Below are positions 49,085 through 55,238 of a stretch of DNA of 64,000 nucleotides, in pieces. The position numbers were made by a program, and so were the translations under genes. The notes beneath the pieces were generated by a model. The model worked only from the letters and a program-made list of their open reading frames with translations, made no database searches and had not been told where the DNA came from. The DNA comes from Candidatus Poseidoniales archaeon (GTDB taxonomy: Archaea > Thermoplasmatota > Poseidoniia > Poseidoniales > Thalassarchaeaceae), in assembly GCA_012960975.1 (NCBI GenBank), contig DUAE01000055.1:107828-171827 (forward strand), written 5' to 3'. Position 1 is the first letter of the stretch; each line of letters begins with the position of its first letter.

Positions 49085-50473
49085 ATGAAAAATAGAGATT
49101 CTCCAGCGGTATCATTCTCCAAAGCAGATGTAGAATCAAAAATAATAAATTTCAAAATATCTGAAACTATTTCTTATGATTTGGTGATACCAAAATCTGT
49201 TTATCCACCAAGGGAAGATACGCGACTCTTGTCCAATTCTTTGAAAATGTTAGATGGCAAGGTTGGAAATGCAATTGAAATCGGACCTGGATCTGGGATA
49301 TTAACAATTCAATTAGCAAATTTAGGCTGGAAAGTAAAAGCATATGATGTAAATCCACTAGCCGCAACAGCAACCAAGCACAACGTTGCAATAGCCGGCC
49401 TGAGCAAACAAGTAGATGTTGAAGAAGGGGCATTAGGAGATTTTGAATTCGACCTCAACAGTACAGATTTATTAATTTGGAATTTACCTTATTTATCTCC
49501 GCCATCCTCTGATGAACAACACCTTGAGTGGATAGAAGAAGCCTCAATGTCAGACTTACCCGGTAGCGGTTGGTCGGGAGAATTGATAAATTACTTGGAG
49601 AAACATATAACTAATATTAATCCCAATTTACTAATACTTTTGTTGTTTAGAACCGAACCTCAAAGTCCGAGTCTACCAGCTGATTGGGCGAATTCTGGCT
49701 GGTCGATAAGACAAGTGAATAGTGTCAGAATTCAAGATGAAAAATTAGATGTATATGCATTTTGGAAACCTGGTCTTGATACAAATCCACATTTAATAAA
49801 TTCTTGTGAATCCACGATGGATGAGGCAAAAAAATTACCTAAACTAGGGTGGCAAAGAATTAGGGCAAAGCATCAGACTGGAGGACGAGGCAGAAGAAAA
49901 TCCATCTGGAAATCTAATGATGGCGACATGATTGCAACTTGGAATATTTCTTCAGAAACATTCCAAATAATGGCACCGGGGATGATACAAACAATCGTAG
50001 GAAGTAAAATTGCTGAAATCATGGGATGTTTGATCAAATGGCCAAATGATTTAATCAATAAAAAAGGCCATAAGTTAGGTGGGATTCTAATTGAAACCGA
50101 TTCCTCCTCTGCCAATATTCGAATTGGTGTAGGCATCAATAAATCTCTAGGCGAACATAATGGGAAGAAAACATCGGGTTGGCAAGAATTTCAGCCGAAT
50201 TTAGAAAGCCAACGACTCTTTCGGCAAATTGATTCTGTGATATCATCAATTTTCGAAACTCATCCACTCCTACCCTACACCATTAATTTGGAGAGTGTAC
50301 AACTAGAATCGTGGAAAGGGATTTCTAAATCGATGTCTCGAGGTGTCTGCACTTACACAAATAATAAGAATTCACGGATTGTATCAATCAATCAGTCGGG
50401 GGAACTTGAGTTTGAAATGAGCGGTGAAAGAATTCTATTATCTGACATCGACTCAATAAAATGGAAATATTAA
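49085..50473 (+). CDS. Fusion protein: N-terminal HemK/Mtq2-like SAM methyltransferase + C-terminal biotin--protein ligase
   Basis: N-terminal half: VYPPREDTRLL, SAM motif IEIGPGSGILT, NPPY-type motif LLIWNLPYLSP. C-terminal half: ESTMDEAKKL, QTGGRGRRKSIWKS (GRGRxGRxW), IKWPNDLI, KLGGILIE, GVGIN. Confidence 0.75.
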   Translation: MKNRDSPAVSFSKADVESKIINFKISETISYDLVIPKSVYPPREDTRLLSNSLKMLDGKVGNAIEIGPGSGILTIQLANLGWKVKAYDVNPLAATATKHNVAIAGLSKQVDVEEGALGDFEFDLNSTDLLIWNLPYLSPPSSDEQHLEWIEEASMSDLPGSGWSGELINYLEKHITNINPNLLILLLFRTEPQSPSLPADWANSGWSIRQVNSVRIQDEKLDVYAFWKPGLDTNPHLINSCESTMDEAKKLPKLGWQRIRAKHQTGGRGRRKSIWKSNDGDMIATWNISSETFQIMAPGMIQTIVGSKIAEIMGCLIKWPNDLINKKGHKLGGILIETDSSSANIRIGVGINKSLGEHNGKKTSGWQEFQPNLESQRLFRQIDSVISSIFETHPLLPYTINLESVQLESWKGISKSMSRGVCTYTNNKNSRIVSINQSGELEFEMSGERILLSDIDSIKWKY

Positions 50474-50476
50474 TTT

Positions 50477-50788
50477 CTATCGCTTCTTCCTCATCACTTT
50501 AATCCCTAAACGTTCCCTTACTAGAATGATTTTTCCTGAAGAAGTAATAGTCTTGAAAGTTCCATGGTGGTTTAAAATTTCTAAAGATTCACGATAATTT
50601 TTTAACGGCACTTTAATTATAGCTAATAATTCATTTTCGACATTAATAAAATCGAATAATTTTGAGTTGAAATGTTTGAGTTCTGATTCGAGTTTATTCT
50701 GACAATCCAATCGAGATAATTTCCTATCTGATACGCTCAAACCAATCCAACGATGCTTGCCTCTAGCGACTTTATTCAAACGAGCCAC
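50477..50788 (-). CDS. RNase P protein component 2 (Pop5-like)
   Basis: 103 aa. RGKHRWIGLSV near the N-terminus (RxKxRYIxF pattern) and C-terminal FKTITSSGKIILVRERL (FKTLGVSGTIKRLKRKF in the Pyrococcus Pop5 as I recall it). Confidence 0.5.
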   Translation of the reverse strand: MARLNKVARGKHRWIGLSVSDRKLSRLDCQNKLESELKHFNSKLFDFINVENELLAIIKVPLKNYRESLEILNHHGTFKTITSSGKIILVRERLGIKVMRKKR

Positions 50789-50835
50789 AATGCCCCGATG
50801 AGTTTCTCCTTAACGAATAGGTCGGTAAAAAACAG

Positions 50836-51756
50836 TCATAGTCCACTGACTACGGCTGTAATTCGAAGTTTGCCAATCAAACCTTCACCAACTCTTGCTC
50901 CCATTATAACTTGGCAATTCGGACTGAGATTTGATACGAATTCGTCAGTGACCTCATTCAGATGTGAGAGTGTCATGTCGGGCCCCCCCTCGACCTGGAT
51001 CAAACAGCCACTAGCCCCATCTATATTCAAATCATAAAGAGGTGATTCGCGAGCAATTTGAACAACTCCTTTCGGATTTCTTGTAGTGCCGGTTCCTACA
51101 ATCAACGTAGAGTTTCCCTCATGACCAACAACTGACCTTAAATCCATCAAATCAAGATTGATTTTCCCTACTCTTGCGAGAGTCGACACAAGACCCTCGA
51201 CCAACTCTTCTATCCAACCTGCTCCTGATTGCCATTCCAATGCTCTCTGTTTCGCCTGCCATGCTAAGCGTTCTAGACTAATTCGAATACAAACATGAGA
51301 ATTTTTATCTAATTCTTCCATAGCATCCTTTGCTAATTGCATTCTCACTGGTTGTTCAGCGAATGGAAGGCTAGCAACTGAAACTACTAAGCAATTTGTA
51401 GATTGTGCTATTTTGGCAATTTCTGATGCGACACCTGAACCAACACCCCCACCTAATCCGGTAAGTATCACAATCATCTCTGCATCCTCTAGTAACGGTC
51501 TAATCGAGTCAAGGCCGTCCCGGAGCCGGTGGGCAGCTAGTAGTGGTAATGCAGCAGCACCACGACCATCACCAGCCGCATCGAGGTGAAGACAATGAGC
51601 TTCGGCTGAACTAAGAAAAGAGTGCTCATCTGCATCGATCAGAAGCAGGTCTGCTAATCGCGGGCAACGAGAATGGGCATTTTGAGCCCAAATACAACCC
51701 AATCCACCAACGCCTGTAATCAGCAAGTCGCCCTGTTTCACAGACAAGCCAGACAA
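50836..51756 (-). CDS. Divergent FtsZ/tubulin-superfamily protein
   Basis: 306 aa, TTG start. Colinear with FtsZ: LLITGVGGLGCIWAQN (GvGGgGnN), LLIDAD, tubulin-signature variant ILTGLGGGVGSG (GGGTGTG), SLPFAEQPVR (PFxFEGxxR), T7-like KINLDLMDL (NxDxxD), GASGCLIQVEGGPDMTL. No C-terminal tail. Confidence 0.6.
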   Translation of the reverse strand: MSGLSVKQGDLLITGVGGLGCIWAQNAHSRCPRLADLLLIDADEHSFLSSAEAHCLHLDAAGDGRGAAALPLLAAHRLRDGLDSIRPLLEDAEMIVILTGLGGGVGSGVASEIAKIAQSTNCLVVSVASLPFAEQPVRMQLAKDAMEELDKNSHVCIRISLERLAWQAKQRALEWQSGAGWIEELVEGLVSTLARVGKINLDLMDLRSVVGHEGNSTLIVGTGTTRNPKGVVQIARESPLYDLNIDGASGCLIQVEGGPDMTLSHLNEVTDEFVSNLSPNCQVIMGARVGEGLIGKLRITAVVSGL

Positions 51757-51775
51757 ATAGAGCCGTTAATATTTC

Positions 51776-52081
51776 TTAATCATATGTGAGGTAACGACTG
51801 TATTTTCTTCTTTCATCTCTCGCCCAAGCATTGTCGGGTTCAATTTCGAGAACTTTTGAATAATACTCTACAGCAGATTCGAAATCAGAAAGGTGTCGGC
51901 CATACATATGAGCTAACACATTTAGTATGGGAACGCAATTTGGATCAGCCTCATTCATCTGCAATAGTAATAATTCTGCTTTTGATAAATCCATCATATC
52001 AATGAAATCTTCTGCTTGATTTAAGTTTGAAATTTGGTCTTCGCTCAGACGGTAAACATTCTTCCAAGCAGGCCCGGACAT
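51776..52081 (-). CDS. TPR-repeat protein
   Basis: 101 aa. LNVLAHMYGRHLSDFESAVEYYSKVLEIEPDNAWA is a canonical TPR unit. Lies directly upstream of the FtsZ-like gene. Confidence 0.6.
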   Translation of the reverse strand: MSGPAWKNVYRLSEDQISNLNQAEDFIDMMDLSKAELLLLQMNEADPNCVPILNVLAHMYGRHLSDFESAVEYYSKVLEIEPDNAWARDERRKYSRYLTYD

Positions 52082-52232
52082 ATACCCCCCCTAGATGCCC
52101 ATAAGTAAGATGTTTTCCAATCGTATTATCTAAAGATAAAACTAGATTTTAAAACCTCTCAAGGAACAATCCTAACTGGAACTTTAATATCCCAAGTTCA
52201 GGTCGCTCTGAATATTCAAAAGAGGCGTATAG

Positions 52233-53048
52233 ATGTCAAGTCAAAACCTCTCAACTCGACGCATCTTCATTCTGAGCGTTCTAGCCATATTCTTGGCCTC
52301 CACTACTCAGGCCTATCACACTGGCATCAGCGGTGATGCTGACAATAAAGGAGAAATTGCAATTGCTGGTTGCACGTGCCATTCTGGAGAGCCAGATAAC
52401 TCTGTGACCGTCGTGCTAGACGGTGTTCCGTATCACTATGAAACTGGCATAGTTTACGAAATGAAAATTCAATTAATTGGCGGAGCAGAAATTGATACAT
52501 CATCGCAAACAGGAGGGTTTTCAATGCTTGTCAACATCGGTTCACTATCGGCATCTGAGGGCTATGAAAACGATGTTCAAAACTGGGAAGATGACGAGAA
52601 AAGATTGACTCATTCCAACGCAGGATCAAAAACAGAAGAAAGGATTTGGCATTTCACCTGGACAGCTCCCGAGAGTGAATCGGGGGTCGTGGAATTTTGG
52701 ATTAGTGGAAATACTGTAAACGGAGATTCAATTCCATCGGCCTTGGATCGATGGAATCGAGTAACTACCTCAGTATCTGAAGGAACTGATGACGGGAGGA
52801 CACGCACTATTTTTTCGGGCAATGGAGAAATAACTCCTCCAGCACCAACAGACACCCACGTCAATCTACATGACATGGGTGCACCATTGAAAGCACATTG
52901 GTTAGGATTGCTAGGATTCGGAGCAGTAGTGTTAGTAATTATCTTCTGTGGATTATTCCTTAGATACGGATTATCTCATCACTCTACTGGAAGATCGAAC
53001 CTACTTAAATTAAGAATAAAACATCTAAGACGGGGTGACCAAATATGA
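52233..53048 (+). CDS. Secreted Reeler-like GCTCH-motif protein with a C-terminal TM anchor; first gene of the Rieske/cytochrome b operon
   Basis: Signal peptide IFILSVLAIFLASTTQA. AGCTCHSGEPDNSVTVVLDGVPYHYETGIVYEM...GGFSMLV...LTHSNAGSK...IWHFTWTAPESESGVVEFWISGNTVNGD...DRWN. TM WLGLLGFGAVVLVIIFCGLFL. ATGA overlap with the next gene. Confidence 0.6.
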   Translation: MSSQNLSTRRIFILSVLAIFLASTTQAYHTGISGDADNKGEIAIAGCTCHSGEPDNSVTVVLDGVPYHYETGIVYEMKIQLIGGAEIDTSSQTGGFSMLVNIGSLSASEGYENDVQNWEDDEKRLTHSNAGSKTEERIWHFTWTAPESESGVVEFWISGNTVNGDSIPSALDRWNRVTTSVSEGTDDGRTRTIFSGNGEITPPAPTDTHVNLHDMGAPLKAHWLGLLGFGAVVLVIIFCGLFLRYGLSHHSTGRSNLLKLRIKHLRRGDQI

Positions 53049-53494
53049 AAGAAGATATGGTTCTAAAACTTCTCCGGCAAGTAAAATCAGGAGAAGTTTC
53101 CATAGAAGATGCTCAATCTGCTTTAGAGGGAGTGAACCTTTCTGAAGAAGCGTATGAAGTCGCAGTCGATCATGGAGTATTCAATGAACCTGCGCCAGGC
53201 ACAATAGTCAGAGCAAGTATTCGTCCATCTGGAGAATCGTTCTTAGTAGTCCTAATTGGGCTATGGGGGATTCTTTGGACATTGTACTGGGCAGGTTCAC
53301 TGACTTACGGACTTATCCATCACTGGGATCAGCAACTTCTATCATTTTTCCTAGCCATGACCTTGTTGACAGTAATTATTCTTGGCATAGTCTATATCAG
53401 ATTTGTAATGCCTGACCTGATTATAGTTAAGCATCGTAGAAATAAATTCATTCAACCAAACGACCCAGAAGGTTGGCAACAATTCGAGGTATAA
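53045..53494 (+). CDS. Small two-TM membrane protein with an N-terminal helical-hairpin (SHOCT-like) segment
   Basis: 149 aa. LKLLRQVKSGEVSIEDAQSALEG, then two TM helices. Translationally coupled within the operon. Confidence 0.45.
   Translation: MKEDMVLKLLRQVKSGEVSIEDAQSALEGVNLSEEAYEVAVDHGVFNEPAPGTIVRASIRPSGESFLVVLIGLWGILWTLYWAGSLTYGLIHHWDQQLLSFFLAMTLLTVIILGIVYIRFVMPDLIIVKHRRNKFIQPNDPEGWQQFEV
53486..53490 (+). promoter_or_regulatory. Shine-Dalgarno-like GAGGT upstream of the Rieske gene
   Basis: cGAGGTataattATG, with a 6-nt spacer to the ATG at 53497. Confidence 0.4.
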
Positions 53495-53496
53495 TT

Positions 53497-54351
53497 ATGG
53501 CTAGACGATTCAAATTACGGCCAATTCCTGGTGAAGAATCGGACACCTCAGAACCAGATAGTATGATTGATCGAAGATCATTTCTTCGTTATTCATTCAA
53601 TACTGCAGCTGGTGCAATTACAATGGCGAGCCTCGGAAGTATCGGGTTCGCATCTTTGTTAATGGGTCAAGCAGAATCATCAGGTGGTGATTCTGCCGTC
53701 AGATTCTGGGTGCCATCTGGCGCAGAAGATTCAGTTTGGTATGGAGATAGGCACTTAGATGCGATGAATTATACTTCCTTCGTTGAGGCTGCAGCTACAA
53801 CAAACACAGGGATGTCAGGTGCACAAGGCGTATGGTCAGGGATGCCGGTAAGTGTCATCTATGTACCCCACGAAGAAAATAAAAATTTGGGATTGATTGA
53901 AAATAAACCTAGATTTCAATTCTTAGAAGGATACACAGCGGATGGCAAATACGTAGGATCAGGGCATGAGCTCAATGAAAAAGAAGAATTCTCGGCCCTT
54001 TCAATCCATGACAACCTAATAATTATCTTCTCAAGATGCCCTCATCTTTGTTGCATTCCAGGATGGCAATTAGTCGCTAATGATTTCACAAACGATAATT
54101 GGACATCTGGCGGTTCAGACGGAGGAGGAAATAAATTATTTTGTATTTGTCATTCGAGTAGATTTGACCCTACCGTTATCGAAAAGAACAGAAATAGAAA
54201 CAGATCGACCGGTTCAGAATTCGAATTTTTTGGCGTGAAGAGATCGGGTGGACCGGCGCCAGTCGGGATGCCACTCATTCCATATGTCCTCAATGGCGAT
54301 TTACTAGAAGCCCTTCCGGACTTCAAAGACTGGTATACATATTGTGACTGA
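53497..54351 (+). CDS. Rieske [2Fe-2S] iron-sulfur subunit with a twin-arginine signal
   Basis: Tat motif IDRRSFLRY plus a hydrophobic helix. Cluster boxes CPHLCC (CxHxxC) and CICHSSRFD (CxCHxS). The track ORF opens at 53473, but the ATG at 53497 has an SD and does not overlap. Confidence 0.8.
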   Translation: MARRFKLRPIPGEESDTSEPDSMIDRRSFLRYSFNTAAGAITMASLGSIGFASLLMGQAESSGGDSAVRFWVPSGAEDSVWYGDRHLDAMNYTSFVEAAATTNTGMSGAQGVWSGMPVSVIYVPHEENKNLGLIENKPRFQFLEGYTADGKYVGSGHELNEKEEFSALSIHDNLIIIFSRCPHLCCIPGWQLVANDFTNDNWTSGGSDGGGNKLFCICHSSRFDPTVIEKNRNRNRSTGSEFEFFGVKRSGGPAPVGMPLIPYVLNGDLLEALPDFKDWYTYCD

Positions 54352-54356
54352 GGTGA
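54350..54356 (+). promoter_or_regulatory. Shine-Dalgarno-like GAGGTGA upstream of the cytochrome b gene
   Basis: ctGAGGTGAaaaaaaATG. Confidence 0.4.
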
Positions 54357-54362
54357 AAAAAA

Positions 54363-55229
54363 ATGATACAATTTTGGTTCTTATGGATTTTTATCTCAAT
54401 CGTTGTTGTCCTCGTGGCTCTAACATTGCGTAAGGAGCGTGAGGAAATACCGCGAACAGATATTCTGCGCGCAGTAGAAACTAGTGCCTCTAACATGGGT
54501 CTTGCAGAAAAATTATTTCTGTGGGCATTTTCTTGGCTTGATACACGATTCCGAATTCAAGATTATTGGGGCATGAGTAGAGACACCTATCACAGCATCC
54601 ATCGTCAAATGCCGTTAACCCATGCTGAAAAATATAAATTACGAATTATTTGGTATTGGTATCCACTCTATTGTTTGGGTGGAATTTCGTTCTTGGCATT
54701 TATCATCCTCGTCATCACAGGGACAGTTCTCGGACTTTATTATGTCCCAGGTGGAGAAGGAGATCCAACCCCCGCTTACTCATCGATGGAATTCATCATG
54801 ATTCAGCTTCCATTCGGCTATATCATTAGATCCATTCATCATTGGGCTACCCATTTCATGGTTGCATCTGTTTTCTTACACATGTGCCGCGTTTACTTCA
54901 CTGGTGCATACCGTAACCCTCGTGAACTCAATTGGTTAATCGGAGTTTCATTGATGTTCTTCACAATTTTCTTTGGTTATTCAGGTTACCTCCTCCCTTG
55001 GGATAGCTTGGCATTCGGTGCTGCAACTATCGGAATTAACATGGCAAATTCTACACCTCTTATCGGAGCATGGGTTGCAAAAGCAATGTTTGCTGGAACA
55101 TCCCTCTCAGGTCAAACTGTAACCCGAATGTATTTCCTCCACGTATTCATATTACCTGTTATTGTAACTACACTAATCATCGCTCATCTGTTTATCGTTT
55201 GGGTTCAAGGAATTGCGGAGCCACATTGA
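54363..55229 (+). CDS. Cytochrome b, N-terminal (b6-like) di-heme subunit
   Basis: RSIHHWATHFMVASVFLHMCRVYFTGAY has helix-B His ligands 13 residues apart. YSGYLLPWD. FLHVFILPVIVTTLIIAH has helix-D His with 14 residues between them, as in b6/Bacillus-type cytochromes. Confidence 0.85.
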   Translation: MIQFWFLWIFISIVVVLVALTLRKEREEIPRTDILRAVETSASNMGLAEKLFLWAFSWLDTRFRIQDYWGMSRDTYHSIHRQMPLTHAEKYKLRIIWYWYPLYCLGGISFLAFIILVITGTVLGLYYVPGGEGDPTPAYSSMEFIMIQLPFGYIIRSIHHWATHFMVASVFLHMCRVYFTGAYRNPRELNWLIGVSLMFFTIFFGYSGYLLPWDSLAFGAATIGINMANSTPLIGAWVAKAMFAGTSLSGQTVTRMYFLHVFILPVIVTTLIIAHLFIVWVQGIAEPH

Positions 55230-55234
55230 GGTGA
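55228..55234 (+). promoter_or_regulatory. Shine-Dalgarno-like GAGGTGA upstream of the fusion gene
   Basis: ttGAGGTGAtttaATG. Confidence 0.4.
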
Positions 55235-55238
55235 TTTA

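Noticed and set aside
48937-49155. 72-aa minus-strand ORF across the G-rich spacer
   Set aside because: Its reading frame is driven by the homopolymer G/C runs (poly-Pro/Gly translation). It also overlaps the start of the methyltransferase-BPL gene, so it is unlikely to be coding.
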